From: Eledone cirrhosa
Lineage: Eukaryota
Assembly (NCBI GenBank): GCA_964016885.1
Contig: OZ024742.1
Span: 224,502,001 to 224,566,000, forward strand
DNA: 64,000 nucleotides
Direction of reading: 5' to 3'
Shown: positions 1 through 14,219 of the stretch, one piece after another
Layout of the letters: each line of letters opens with the position of its first letter
How positions within the stretch are numbered: the first letter of the stretch is position 1
Made by a program: the position numbers and the translations under genes
The notes under the pieces: generated by a model
Seen by the model: only the letters and a program-made list of their open reading frames with translations
Databases searched by the model: none
What the model was told of the DNA's origin: nothing

Positions 1-92
1 TCAAGGATGAAAAGCAACATAGTACGTAAAGAGCCGGAAATTCCTTGAAGTAGTTTTATAATTAATATTGATATTAATCCTCAATTATAAAT

Positions 93-160
93 ATCCGACA
101 AATTTGACAAATTCATAAAGTCTAAAACGTTTCGAATAGCAAAGACTCATTTTCAGGGAT
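93..160 (-). ncRNA. Degenerate type I hammerhead ribozyme-like motif
   Basis: Minus strand reads ATCC CTGAAAA T GAGT-ctttgct-ATTC GAAA CG...TG TC GGAT. Stems I and II pair, but core G8 is changed to A. Confidence 0.35.
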
Positions 161-414
161 TACATCATTATAGTAGAGGCTTTAGACTTCATGTAGGTGT
201 TTATATATAAATACACACACACACATACACACACACATATATATATATATATCGTATGTACATACATTCGTACACACACACATATATATATATCGTATAT
301 ACATACATTCGTACACACACACATATATATATATATATATCGTATATACATACATACATTCGTACACACACACACACACATATATATTGTATATACATAC
401 ATACATTCGTACAT

Positions 415-474
<60 letters not shown>

Positions 475-612
475 TGTCATTGGTTATTCTCCGTAACAAG
501 ATTGGTTATGTAAGTAACATTGCCCGGTTCTTATTTGTCAAAGAAGGGGGCAGTAAGTATATATAACATACTTATTAATTCCCCATGGAGTGTTTACAAT
601 CGTCATTGTAGA

Positions 613-780
613 CGCAGCATGGCCCAATAGTTAAAAAGTTCGCTTTGCAGTCATTGGATCAAGGGCTCGCTCCTACTGCGTGACATATTGGCAAGTGTCA
701 TTTTTTATAGCTGAGTGATAACCCAAGCCTTGTGAGTTATACTGTTACACGGAAACTGATTGGAAATCTGTTGGATGGAT
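613..780 (+). mobile_element. Degenerate tRNA-derived SINE (second family, V-domain-like)
   Basis: A-box-like TGGCCCAATAGTTAA and B-box-like GGGCTCGCTCC, then TTGGCAAGTGTC, similar to the copy at 51630-51970. Confidence 0.45.
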
Positions 781-826
781 TATTTCCGTAATTCAAAGAG
801 GGAACTTTGTCACACATATAACATCT

Positions 827-1246
827 CTCGCTCTGATCTATCGATAAGATCGACAAGATCCTAGACCTCATTCGCTTGCTGAGCAGGGTGGACCTCGCTC
901 TGATCTATCGACAAGATCCTAGACCTCATTCACTTGCTGAGCGGGGTGGACCTCGCTCTGATCTATCGACAAGATCCTAGACCTCATTCGCTTGCTGAGC
1001 GGGGTGGACCTCGCTCTGATCTATCGACAAGATCCTAGACCTCATTCGCTTGCTGAGCGGGGTGGACTTCGCTTTGATCTATCGACAAGATCCTAGACCT
1101 CATTCGCTTGCTGAGCGGGGTGGACCTCGCTCTGATCTATCGACAAGATCCTAGACCTCATTCGCTTGCTGAGCGGGGTGGACCTCGCTCTGATCTATCG
1201 ACAAGATCCTAGATCTCATTCACATGCTGAGCGGCGTGGACCTCGT
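827..1246. repeat. 58-bp GC-rich tandem repeat, 7 copies
   Basis: Unit CTCGCTCTGATCTATCGACAAGATCCTAGACCTCATTCGCTTGCTGAGCGGGGTGGAC starts at 827, 894, 952, 1010, 1068, 1126 and 1184. The first unit has a 9-nt internal duplication. Confidence 0.97.
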
Positions 1247-1299
1247 CAAACCAGACCAAGGGAACAATGTTCCTATTGGGCTTTCTAATTGAAAATACT

Positions 1300-1410
1300 A
1301 TCTAACGGTCGCAACTCCTGGCAGAGAAAGCAACGTGAAATAGAGTATCTTGCTCAAGGGCACAACCCATCACCCAACTCTCTAGCCACTAAGCCACGCG
1401 CCTTCACATA
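1300..1410 (-). mobile_element. SINE fragment (second family)
   Basis: GCAACGTGAAATAGAGTATCTTGCTCAAGGGCACAAC...CTAGCCACTAAGCCACGCGCCTTCAC matches 51855-51970. Confidence 0.6.
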
Positions 1411-1559
1411 CCCTACTATGTGAAATCTGCTAGAGAATAACGTTAAAGTTACACATATGTATAGAATGCTCAGCGACGGAATCTCATTTCATTCATGATT
1501 CTGAACAGAAACATTCTGTAGGATTATAGTATGAAGAAATGTCCAAATTTGGTGTTATA

Positions 1560-2270
1560 TGTTATGTTGTGTGGTGTTTGGTGTAGTAGTGTATGTTGTG
1601 TGGTATATGTTGTGTGGTATATGTTGTGTGGTATATGTTGTGTGGTGTAGGTTGTGTTGTTTTTTTTGTGTAGTATATGTTGTGTGGTGTATGTTGTGTA
1701 GTATATGTTGTCTGGTGTATATTGTGTAGTGTATGTTGTGTGGTATATGTTGTGTGGTATATGTTGTGTGATATATATTGTGTGGTGTATGTTATGTGGT
1801 GTATGTTGTGTGGTATATGTTGTGTGGTATATGTTGTGTGGTATATATTGTGTGGTATATATTGGGTGGTGTATGTTGTGTGGTGTATGTTGGGTGGTAT
1901 ATGTTGTGTGGTGTATGTTGTGTGGTGTATGTTGTGTAGTATATGTTGTGTGGTGTATGTTGTGTGATGTATGTTGTGTGGTATATGTTGTGTTGTATAT
2001 GTTGTGTGGTGTATGTTGTGTGGTGTATGTTGTGGTGTATGTTGTGTGGTGTATGTTGTGTGGTATATGTTGTGTGGTGTAGGTTGTGTGGTGTATGTTG
2101 TGGTGTATGTTGTGTGGTGTATGTTGTGTGGTATATGTTGTGTGGTGTAGGTTGTGTGGTATATGTTGTGTGGTATATGTTGTGTGGTGTATGTTGTGTG
2201 GTGTATGTTGTGTGGTATATGTTGTAGTGTATGTTGTAGTGTATACTGTAGTATATTCTATAGTGTAAGA
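1560..2270. repeat. 14-bp minisatellite (TATGTTGTGTGGT[A/G])n
   Basis: Direct reading of the tandem units. It explains the HTTYTTQ/MLCGVCC ORFs. Confidence 0.95.
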
Positions 2271-2349
2271 CGTAGTGTAACATATATGATAATCGTATGG
2301 TAATGTGTGACTACATGAAAAATAAACATACTTGACATCCAACCAATGA

Positions 2350-2697
2350 ACTGTTGCTTCACGAGATATGTATTGGGGTTCCGTTGGCTTTGACGATGAG
2401 TGTTCCAGTTGTTTGATCAATGGATCAGCCTGCTTGTGAAATTAATACTGTCTGAGCATTCTACAAACATATAGTATACCCTTAAGATATATCTGGGAGA
2501 CATTCGGCGTGACACTCTGTGTGACAAAGCTGACCTATTGAATTACAGGTATAACCTCTTGTTCCAGCAGAGTGAACTGGGGCAACGTGAAGTAATGTAT
2601 ATTGTTCAAGTACACAACACGCCGCCAAGAATCTAATCGAACTCACGACCTACGATTGAGAGCCGGACACCCTCACGACTAAGGCACGCGCTTTCAC
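2350..2697 (-). mobile_element. SINE (second family), degenerate; similar copy at ~3280-3560
   Basis: Shares GATGAGTGTTCCAGTTGTT...CAGCCTGCT.GT.AAA, GTGACA...CCT.TTGAA.T.CAGGTA and the tRNA-like head ...CTAAG.CACG.GC.TTCAC with 3280-3560. Confidence 0.6.
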
Positions 2698-2846
2698 TGA
2701 TGAGTTAGATTTACAATGAATTAGTCTTGTTTTAATAACGCCAACACACACACACACGCACGCGCGCGCGCGCGCACATACACACACACACACATACACG
2801 TACACACACACACGCGCACGCACACACACACGTGCACACACACGTG

Positions 2847-2877
<31 letters not shown>

Positions 2878-3904
2878 ACGCGCGCGCACGCACACACACA
2901 AACACACGCGCACACACACACGCACACACACACGCACACACGCACACACACACACACACACATTCACGTGTATATAACCACTTGTACATCTATATCAAAA
3001 CATCAGTAAAATTGTTGTAAAACCGGGTGTTAGCAACAGTGTAATGTCTTGAATATAACTTTAATGCTGTTATCTGAAACACATCTACAATAACAGTAAA
3101 CATAGTTCATCTGTAGAAATGTTCCGATGTGAAATCTTTTATAAAGACAACACTATTTACAAAGAACAGAAGTTTTTGTTTAAATGGGTTGAAAGATTAG
3201 CGGGTACTTTAGGTTCTAGATAAAATGGTTGCCGTCAGTTTTGAATAAACGAAAAGGGAAAGATTGAGTTGGACCTCCATGGCGTTCCGAGGATGAGTGT
3301 TCCAGTTGTTCGAAAAAGGGAACAGCCTGCTCGTAAAAATTGGTTAGAGGATGCCTCCATCTCAAAGGCCAAGTGAACATTTCACATGTGTACATTTTGC
3401 GTAGTTCTCAGTTCGATTCATCGTGACATAGTTCATGTGACATGGTTGGCCTTTTGAAATGCAGGTACAGCTCAAGGAAACAAGGTGCAGCTGGGAATCG
3501 AACTAATAAATTTGCGATCACGAGGCGAAAAACTTAATCAGTAAGCCACGTGCCTTCACATGCTACCAATATATACAGTATATAGTGTAATGAGGACTAA
3601 TTTGGTGCTAAACAAAAACAATGGTTTTAATTTAAGCACAAGATCAGCAATTTTGGTGGTGATGGTGGTGGCTATAATTGATTAAATTGATCCCAGTATT
3701 TGACTTCTACATCGACTCCGGTGGAATTTGAACTCAGGACGTAAAGTACTGAAAAAGAATACCGCAAGAAATTGTCCGACACTCTACCGTCTCTGCAAGT
3801 TGCGTATATATTTGGGGATATAATAGTAACGAGCTATTTGTATATAAAGAGATATGTATAGATGTGGACGGAGCGTGACCGAATGGTTTAGAAGTTCACT
3901 TAAT

Positions 3905-4098
3905 AATAATTGTTTCTACTTTTGGCACAAGGACAGCAATTACCCCAGTGCATTACTGGTACTTAATTTAATCGACCCCGTAAGGATGAAAGGCAAAGTT
4001 AAACCTCAGTGGGATTTGAACTCAGAACGTAAAGGGCCGCAATTCTATACTGTGAAGCATGTTGTCGGGCGCTCTACGGATTCTGCTAATCCACCAGC
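3905..4098 (-). mobile_element. tRNA-derived SINE with Nin/Deu-like central domain (family 1)
   Basis: The reverse complement has an A-box-like head, B box GAGTTCAAATCC and core TTTGCCTTTCATCCTTACGGGGTCGAT...AAGTACCAG. The tail is AGTAGAAACAATTATT. Confidence 0.85.
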
Positions 4099-4965
4099 CT
4101 CGGTTCGACACAAGTTTTGTTAGTGAAATTGGATAAACTGAAACTGTTTGGAGGCCTGTTGAATGGACTGTACCTGTAATTTTAAATGCCCCCTCGCCAC
4201 ACACTTCGTCACGCTGAGTCTCCCTGAGAATTAAGTTAATTTAATAAAAAATGCATCAGTCCAGAACTGGGGTTGATTTTTCCTCAATATCTGTTTCTCA
4301 CTTCCGCTATATCACTCTCTCTTTCTCCCACTCCTTTCCGGGAAGAAATCGCTGTATGTCACTACGGTGCCCCTACAACTACATCAATGGTTAAAGGTCC
4401 ATATATTTAAAAATATAATTTACTTATTAATTATTAGTTTATTCATAAAAAACTATGATCATATTCCTTACAGATAGTTTGAACATACCACATAACCCAT
4501 GATATATATACTAGTTTACATCATATGATAAATGTTCCCTTATATAAATTCACCCACCACTATAATATGTCATTTCTATATCTATTTAGATAAATACCTC
4601 AACTTTTTCTGATGAAGAACTATCGCCCGAGAGGTGGAGACATACATTTTCGTTTCCTCCACAACTAATTAGACTTTATGGAATTGTTCTTTATGTCTCT
4701 CTCCTCTTTTTAAACCGTGAACTATATATATATATATGTATATATATAAGTATGTATACGTACATACATATATGTATACAGACGTACAGTAGTATGTATA
4801 CATATATATATATATATACATACATGCACACATATATATATGTACGTATGGATTCACCGAACATTTATTATAATGCTCGGTGTGTTTGTAAACAAACATC
4901 CCGAATTAAGCCGTACAGTGTCTAGCAACCATCGTTGCTCATTTGTTCAACACTGACAAAGGAAC

Positions 4966-5004
4966 GCTGTACTAGTTTCAAGCTTATTAGCTATCGTCAG
5001 CAAC
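4966..5004 (-). ncRNA. Minimal type I hammerhead ribozyme (inverted copy)
   Basis: GTTG CTGACGA T AGCT-aata-AGCT T GAAA CTAG TA CAGC. Confidence 0.8.
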
Positions 5005-5334
5005 TTATACCTTCCTGCCAGATGATTGAACGTATATACTTACCTTATGCATATTAACGGCTGAGTAGCCCAATTTGCATATCAAGTGAGTTAATCGGCC
5101 GGGTGCACCGAAAACGATAAACGGAAAAAATGAAACGAAATTTCATTTCTCACTATTAGTTACTTATATTTAAGTAAGAATGAGAAATGAAATTTCGTTT
5201 CATTTTTTCCGTTTATCGTTTTCGGTGCGCCCAGCCGATTAACTCACTCGATATGCAAATTAGGCTGCTCAGCCGTTAATATGCATAAGGAAAGTATATA
5301 CTTTCAGACGTTCAATCATCTGGCAGGAAGGTAT

Positions 5335-5377
5335 ACGTTGCTGACGATAGCTAATAAGCTTGAAACTAGTACAGCGT
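5335..5377 (+). ncRNA. Minimal type I hammerhead ribozyme
   Basis: ACGTTG CTGACGA T AGCT-aata-AGCT T GAAA CTAG TA|CAGCGT. Intact core, 6-bp stem I, palindromic ACTAGT stem III and GUA cleavage triplet. Confidence 0.85.
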
Positions 5378-5820
5378 TCCGTTGTCAGTGTTGAACAAAT
5401 GAGCAACGATGGTTGCTAGACACTGTACGGCTTAATTCGGGATGTTTGTTTACAAACACACCGAGCATTATAATAAATGTTCAGTGAATCCATACGTACA
5501 TATATATATGTGTGCATGTATGTATATATATATACATACTACTGTACCTATGTATACATATATGTATGTACGTGTACATACTTATATTTAAGTAACAGCC
5601 GTACTAAGAGTGAGAAATGAAATTTCGTTTCATTTTTTCCGTTTATATATATAAGGGCGGTGCCCCAGCATGGCCTCAGCCGGATGGCTGAAACAGGTAA
5701 AATATATATATATATATATATATATAGTTCACGATTGAATATATTACTTTTAGTACTAATTTTCTGAAGATGCTTCGAAACAAGTCTGTAATGTGTCAGT
5801 ATTAATTGTCTTTTAAATGA

Positions 5821-5852
5821 TAACTATAACTGAAGCATAACAGAACACACAC

Positions 5853-5939
<87 letters not shown>

Positions 5940-5969
5940 CGTGTGTGTTCTGTTATGCTTCAGTTATAG

Positions 5970-5972
<3 letters not shown>
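5821..5972. repeat. ~35-bp inverted repeat around a (TA)n tract
   Basis: TAACTATAACTGAAGCATAACAGAACACACACGTA ...(TA)n... TACGTGTGTGTTCTGTTATGCTTCAGTTATAGTTA. Confidence 0.9.
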
Positions 5973-6038
<66 letters not shown>

Positions 6039-6414
6039 TATATCTGTATTATCTGTATATACTATATTTATCTCTCCTTCTCTCATTCTGTCTTTCTCTT
6101 TCTTTCACTGAACTCACCTTTTATTATCATCTTAGACAGGTACAACACCACCACAACAACAGTTTGAAGGTTATTTTCTCCACAATAGACATCATACTCA
6201 TTATGAGATCCTTTTCAAGGAAATGGTTTATAAGTGGACACCCTTCCTGGTGCCAAACGTTTTTGTTGCCTCTTACAAAACAGCAGGCGTTTGTACTGCA
6301 GGCTTCGTAATAGACTTATTACTCAACATGGAGTCCTATTTAAGACAATGTCTTGCACTAAAAACGTCCTTCCTGCTATCAATACGCCAGGTGAAAACGG
6401 TAGAGAGTATCTTT

Positions 6415-7320
6415 CGTTAGAGATATGGTAATAAAATGTTTAAAATATTTATATTTACCTGAAAAACCTATCATAATTTTATGTAAGAATCTTAATGTTA
6501 TACTCCAAGCAACAGCTTCATTATAAGAAAATTAATTATATTGCTAAATCCCTTCAAATTATCGATTATATTCAAACCTATTTGAAAATGATAAGCAGCG
6601 TTTTTCATTAGAAAGTGTTTAAGTGTTTATATTTAATTAGATACATCCCATCATAGTTTTATATGAGAACCTCCGTTATGATATGGTCCAAACAACAACC
6701 TCATAACGAGGAAGTTAATCATATTACTAAATCTACCCACATTATTGATTAATTTCATAATTATTTGAAAGTCATAAGCAGTGTTTGTCATTAGAAATAT
6801 GGCAACGAAAGCGTTAAAGTATTTATATTTATTTAAAAACCTTCCTTCTTAATTTTATGCGAGAATCTTTATTAATTCGGGTGCAAAACACCATCTTTAC
6901 ATTCGAAAGTTAGTTATATTTCTAAATTCCTTCATATTCTATTCTTGATTATATTCGTAATGACTTGAAAATCAAAAGCAGTATTTTGATAAGAAATACT
7001 GTAATGAAAGGGTTAAAGTGTTTATATATCCGAAACCCTTTCATAATAATTTTATGTAAGAACCTTTATGTTATGTTCCAAACACCAAGAACGTTATATT
7101 AATAAATCTCTCCAAATTCCTGATTATTTTCAAGATTATATAAATTTAAAAGCAATGTTTTTCATTTCGAATATGGTAACGAAAGGGTTAAAGGCTTTTA
7201 TATTTATTTAAAACCATTTCATCCTAATTTCATCTTAATGAGAAAGTTAGTTATAACTTAATTATTTGAAAATCATAGGCAGTGTCTTCTATTAGAAATA
7301 TGATAAAGAAAGATTCTGCG
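6415..7320. repeat. Diverged tandem array (~5 units of ~150-200 bp) related to the piggyBac-type MITE at 54501
   Basis: Recurrent TTTGAAAATCATAAGCAGTGTTTTTCATTAGAAATATGGTAACGAAAGGGTTAAA, the reverse complement of the MITE terminus at 54497-54545. Confidence 0.65.
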
Positions 7321-7530
7321 TTTTTGTAATTAGCCCTTCGTTGATTACTGTTAAAAATTTAATCCAATTAAAAATTCAAAATGGGAGCAAGCCCCTGACC
7401 TTTGTTTAGCTCGCTAAGATGGCAGCATAAAGTAAGTCATTTAAAGAGAACATATGATTAAAAGTTGGTTGAGAAAATTTGTCATTTTTATAGTTAGACC
7501 TGCTATTGCATAATAAGCATAATATGTGTG

Positions 7531-7750
<220 letters not shown>

Positions 7751-7848
7751 CACATACATACATATATATATCTATATATATACATATATATATAAACATA
7801 AATATATGTGTGTGAAAATATATACATATATATGTATATATATCTATG

Positions 7849-7895
<47 letters not shown>

Positions 7896-7950
7896 GTATA
7901 CATATTTATATATATATATATATATATACATTCACCCACACACAATTATA

Positions 7951-8011
<61 letters not shown>

Positions 8012-8730
8012 TATACGTATTCCTCATTAACGCATGGCTGATAGCATATTAGGTTGGCTTTGAACTCGTGACGTCACATGTTTTTTGGATACAGAAAACA
8101 TGTATAGCATGCTGGGCCTTGTAGGTCGGCTGTTGGGTCGTTAATTGGACATATGATACGTTAGTGATAGAGCGACGGGGAGAGAGGGGGGGGGAGACAG
8201 ACACAGAGGGTGAAGGGAGAGACAGATCGAGTGGTGAGAAGAGGGGTTGAGAGCAAATTATGAAGAACCACCGCTACTGCTGTGTTGTTTTAGTTATATA
8301 TTTATATTTTGGAATAATTATCAGGATATGTTAATGAGACGAAACGGGTGTATGTCAAGGTTGGGACTATCTCCTCTAAATGTACGTACGTATGTATGTA
8401 TGTATGTATGTATGTATGTATGTATGTATGTATGTATGTATGTATGTATGTATGTATGTATGTATGTATGTATGTATGTATGTACGTATGTATGTACGTA
8501 TGTACGTACGTATGTATGTATGTATGTATGTATGTATGTATGTATGTATGTATGTATGTATGTATGTACGTATGTACGTACGTATGTATGTATGTATGTA
8601 TGTATGTATGTATTATATATGTACGCACACGGGCATATATATATATAAATATATATATATAAATATATGTATATAAATATATATATATATATATAATATA
8701 AACTAAGTAAAGATCTTGCTTGCTATCCCC

Positions 8731-8761
<31 letters not shown>

Positions 8762-8770
8762 TAGATGTAC

Positions 8771-8858
<88 letters not shown>

Positions 8859-9441
8859 GTGTAATCATTTCACACAAATTTCAAGTCTTGTTTTATTTAT
8901 ATACCTACCAGATTATGCTAAAGATGAAACTGAGATTAAAATTATGAATGAAACAAACAAATGAATGAATTACGCTATGGCGGTAAAATAAAATAACTAA
9001 TGAAGAAAAATCTCTGAAGGATGAAAGGCAAAGTGAACCTGGGCGAGATTTGAACTCCCAATGTAAATAACCAGAACATATACTGCAAAACATTTGTTCA
9101 ATGTTCTCACCATTATGCCAATCCTATGCCTTTGGGGTTCTGATTTAGGTACGAGGTCAGCAATTTCGTGCATGGGGAGAAAGAAGTCAATTAAATCGGC
9201 CCCAGTACTTCATTGGTACTTTATTTCCTGACCCTAGAAGGATAACAGGCAAAGTTTTGAGATATTTAAATCTCAAAACGTAAATTTCCGGGACAAATGC
9301 CGCAAAGCATTTTCTCTGGCGCTCTAACGATCCCGGCAACCCTCAGTCTTAAAGTTCAGAGAAAAGGACGCTTAAATGTTTTAAGAATTTTGAAGGATTT
9401 TGTAATATAACTACTACCTCACTATTATTTAGAGTTTAGAA

Positions 9442-9623
9442 CGGTGGATTGGCAGTATCAGTAGAGGGTCGGACGCCATGCTTTCCAGCATAGTTACGTC
9501 CCTTTACGATCTGAGTTCAAATCCCGCCGAGGTTGACTTTGCCTTTCATCCTTACGGGGTCGATAAAATAAAGTACCAGTAATGCACTGGGTAATTGCTG
9601 GCTTTGTGCCTAAAGTAGAGACA
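9442..9623 (+). mobile_element. Full-length family-1 SINE with a ~19-bp target-site duplication
   Basis: A box TGGCAGTATCAG, B box GAGTTCAAATCC, Nin-like core. ATTATTTAGAGTTTAGAAC lies on both sides (~9424-9442 and ~9624-9642). Confidence 0.9.
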
Positions 9624-10054
9624 ATTATTTAGAGTTTAGAACATAACTTAGTAAAAGTTATTACACAAAACTATGATGGAAGGTTTTTATATAAATACTT
9701 TAGAATAAGCAGTTTTCTATCATGAGACCAGTGGCGGTTTGATATCAAAAGAGATAAAGTAAAATATGCATTATACTCCAATAGACATTATGGTTGTTTC
9801 TTCATCAGCCGTAACAACTCTATATTAACTTGTTCCTCGTTCATCATATGTTACCTTAAGTGCGAGGTAACATGAGTGTGAAATATATCATAGACTGCTA
9901 TTGTCTCACCATTGCCTCGCTAAATAATTGGAGTATAACACTAATGTCATTATTTCAAGAACCTATGGGGGAGTGGTGAACGTATTGGCAGAATCAATAG
10001 AGTATGCAGTATTTTCTATAGCGTTTTACTTTCTGAATTCAAATCCCGCCGAAG

Positions 10055-10090
<36 letters not shown>

Positions 10091-10107
10091 CGAGAGCGAG
10101 ACAGAGA

Positions 10108-10161
<54 letters not shown>

Positions 10162-10365
10162 AAGAGAGAGAGAGTGAGAGATGTGCGTGTGTACATGCAT
10201 TTATAAATATACATACATATACACATATATGTATGTGTGTATGTAAATTAAGAGAAATACTTTTATTTATTCACTGTTCCCTTCCACCAAAACAAACCCA
10301 CCATGCCTTCTGACATGCCGGAGTATGGAGTGTAGTGTGTGTTGCAAACATTAGACTAGAGGGTG

Positions 10366-10411
<46 letters not shown>

Positions 10412-10879
10412 AGAGAGAGAATGAAAGAGAGGGGAAAAGAGCCAATGCAAAAGAGAAAGAGAGAGAGAGAGCTATTTAGCTCACGCTTCACGGGAAAACA
10501 AACAGATCGATTCTTAGAAAAGGCCTTCTACATTATTGTTTTTATTGATTTTTTCCCCTGTCAAGTAGCTGCACTGATCCAGTTCCTGTGTTTCAATGAG
10601 TCTACTTTACTTACTAACCAAGAACACATTAGGCTGATCAACGAAGTAGAACGAAACACGGCTCAAACAACCACCTCACTAAGTTCCCCTCTCTCCACTC
10701 CTCTCTACCGATGAAAAAACGAAATCTCCGCGAGACAGAATTTCATATAATAAACGAATAAAGATCCGGATTTTGTAAGGTGTCAGGGTGTCTGTAAGTT
10801 TGTACTGTACGTGTATGTATGTATGTATGTATGTATGTATGTATGTATGTATGTATGTATGTATGTATGTATGTATGTA

Positions 10880-10965
<86 letters not shown>

Positions 10966-11008
10966 AATATATATATATACATATGTATATACATGTAAAT
11001 TGTATATA

Positions 11009-11044
<36 letters not shown>

Positions 11045-11076
11045 TGTATGTATGTATGTATGTATGTTTGTATGTA

Positions 11077-11138
<62 letters not shown>

Positions 11139-11171
11139 AATATATATATATACATATGTATATACATGTAA

Positions 11172-11228
<57 letters not shown>

Positions 11229-11255
11229 TTGTATGTATGTATGTATGTATGTATG

Positions 11256-11309
<54 letters not shown>

Positions 11310-11501
11310 AATATATATATATACATATATATATACATGTAAATTGTATATATATATATATATATATGAATATATATATATATACATATGCATATACATG
11401 TAAATTTTATATACACACATACACACACATTTACACATCTATATACATATATGCGTGTGCGCGAGTTTATGTATGTATATATGCGTATATATATATATAT
11501 A

Positions 11502-11559
<58 letters not shown>

Positions 11560-11689
11560 TATATATATATATATATACGCATATATGAGTATATATATAT
11601 ATACACATATGTGTAAAGGTGCAAAGGCTAGTCTCCGCATGTTGTATGCAAGAACGCTATAAAACAAGACAACAATACCAACACCGCAA

Positions 11690-12190
11690 CCATCATCACA
11701 CCCCGATAACATCAGCCCCACCACCACCACCACCACCAACACCTCCACCACCACCACCTCCACCACCTCCACCATCACGACCACCACCTCCACTTCCACC
11801 ACCTCCACCATCACGACCACCACCTCCACCACCTCCACCACCGCCGCCACCACCACCACCACCTCCACCACGACAACCACTACCTCCACCACTACCTCCA
11901 CCACCTCCACCACCAACACCACCACCTCCACCACCGCCACCACCACCACCATCACGACCACCACCTCCACCACCGCCACCACTTCCACCACCACCATCTC
12001 CACCACCACCGCCGCCACCTCCAAAACCACCACCATCACGACCACCACCACCACCACCACCACCACCTACACCATCATCACCGCCACACCACCTCCGTTC
12101 ACCCTACATCCACCGCCACCACCACCACCACCACCACCACCACCACCGCCACACCACCTCCGTTCACCCTACATCCACCGCCACCACCTA
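11690..12190. repeat. (CCA)n/(CCT)-rich trinucleotide simple repeat
   Basis: Direct reading. It gives the poly-Pro/poly-Val pseudo-ORFs. Confidence 0.9.
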
Positions 12191-12498
12191 TCACTATATA
12201 CTCCACATTCCAGTCAGTTTCCACGGGTTTTCCACAACATATCCCCCTCTCCCCCTCACCCATTTCACTCCTTCTCTCACTTCTTTTCGTTATTTCCCGC
12301 CATTTTCTTGTTCGTTTCACCTGCTCTTTACATTCATAGAACTACGGCCATGCTGGGTCATCGACATGAAAGGTTATACTTGATTATATCGATCCCAGTA
12401 GTGTGTGTGCAAACACGTGTATATATCTCTAAGTATGTGTGTGTGTGTGTGTGTGTGTGTGTTTGTGCTCACGTGGGTGCTTTTCTACCCACAAACAC

Positions 12499-12534
<36 letters not shown>

Positions 12535-12583
12535 CTATATACGTATATATAAATATATATATATATATGTATGTGTGTATATA

Positions 12584-12622
<39 letters not shown>

Positions 12623-12629
12623 ATATACG

Positions 12630-12674
<45 letters not shown>

Positions 12675-12812
12675 ATATATATATATATATACCTATATAC
12701 GTATATATAAATAAATATATATATATGTATGTGTGTGTATATATATATATATACCTATATACGTATATATAAATATGTATATATATATATGATATGTGTG
12801 TATAGATATGTG

Positions 12813-12883
<71 letters not shown>

Positions 12884-12991
12884 ATATACGTATATATAAA
12901 TATATATATATATATATATGTATATGTGTGTATATATATATGTATATATATATATATACCTATATACGTATATATAAATACATATATATAA

Positions 12992-13026
<35 letters not shown>

Positions 13027-13363
13027 TATGTATATAGGTGTATAAAGAGCCAGTGCGGTGAAAAGTCTATCTGGAACATATACACACATATACACACGTA
13101 TGAATATATGTGTGTATATGTGTATGAGAGAGAGAGAAGAGAGAGAGTGTGTGTAGGAAAAAGAGAGAGAAAGAGAGAAAGAGCAACAAACAGATAGATA
13201 TATTGATAGACACACAGACAGACCTGGATACGATGTCGATAAGATCTTCGGGAGAAAGGAATAAAGGAAGATGTACCCATGGTTGTAGAAGGGTTAATAT
13301 ACCGAAATATCAGAAAATAATGAGGTTAATAAGAGAATAAGAAAGATGCATATATACATACAT

Positions 13364-13427
<64 letters not shown>

Positions 13428-13445
13428 TTATATGCTTGTATAGAT

Positions 13446-13513
<68 letters not shown>

Positions 13514-13638
13514 TTATATGCCTGTATAGACACGTACACATATATATATATATATATATGCACACATACATACACATATGCATAGGTATGTATGTATGTA
13601 TACATGTATGTATACATATATGTACGTATATATATAGG

Positions 13639-13719
<81 letters not shown>

Positions 13720-13768
13720 GGATGTATGTATGTATGAATATATATGTACGTATACATACATACATACA

Positions 13769-13800
<32 letters not shown>

Positions 13801-14158
13801 CATATATATATACACATATATGTATGATATGTATGCGCATATATGTATAAATATATGTATGTATGTGCGTGTCTATGTACGAATGTGTGTGTACAGAGGT
13901 GTGTGTGTGTCTGTATGTAGATGTATATGAGACTGGGAATGAAAATCTCGAAAGTTTGTAAGTATGTGTGTGTTACAAGAAAATTTGACTGAAGCAGCCG
14001 ACAGCCTGCCAAATTCCTTAAAGTGATAGTGCCAGGCAAAATGGCTCCAGACTAGGCATTTAGCGAGGTGGGGTCCGCTATATCTAGAAAATCCGTACAG
14101 CCCCTTCTCACACAGGGAGTAGTATACCCCAGGAGATATCCACTTGTATCAGTTACAT

Positions 14159-14219
<61 letters not shown>

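Larger units (their letters stand above)
4748..5646 (+). mobile_element. Fold-back non-coding element (PLE pLTR/retrozyme-like): ~420-bp inverted arms plus a partial tandem tail
   Basis: 4748-5166 is the reverse complement of 5171-5583, centre ~5168. 5581-5646 repeats 5163-5216. It carries a hammerhead in each arm and is flanked by (TA)n. Confidence 0.8.

Noticed and set aside
827-1246. CRISPR-like array
   Set aside because: Units are contiguous with no unique spacers, there are no cas genes, and the context is eukaryotic.
2692-2730. CTGATGA hammerhead candidate
   Set aside because: It has GAAT instead of GAAA and no convincing stems.
4609-4660. CTGATGA hammerhead candidate
   Set aside because: No GAAA or stem III at a suitable spacing.
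5760-5800. CTGAAGA-TGCTTC-GAAA-CAAGTC
   Set aside because: The core spacing is suggestive, but stem II and an adjacent stem I cannot be formed.
9442-9530. tRNA genes suggested by A/B boxes
   Set aside because: These are SINE heads: no cloverleaf, and they are followed by the Nin-like core and tail in many copies.
11619-12383. 254-aa proline-rich ORF (formin/extensin-like)
   Set aside because: It derives from a (CCA)n simple repeat that is open in several frames, with no flanking domain or exon evidence.
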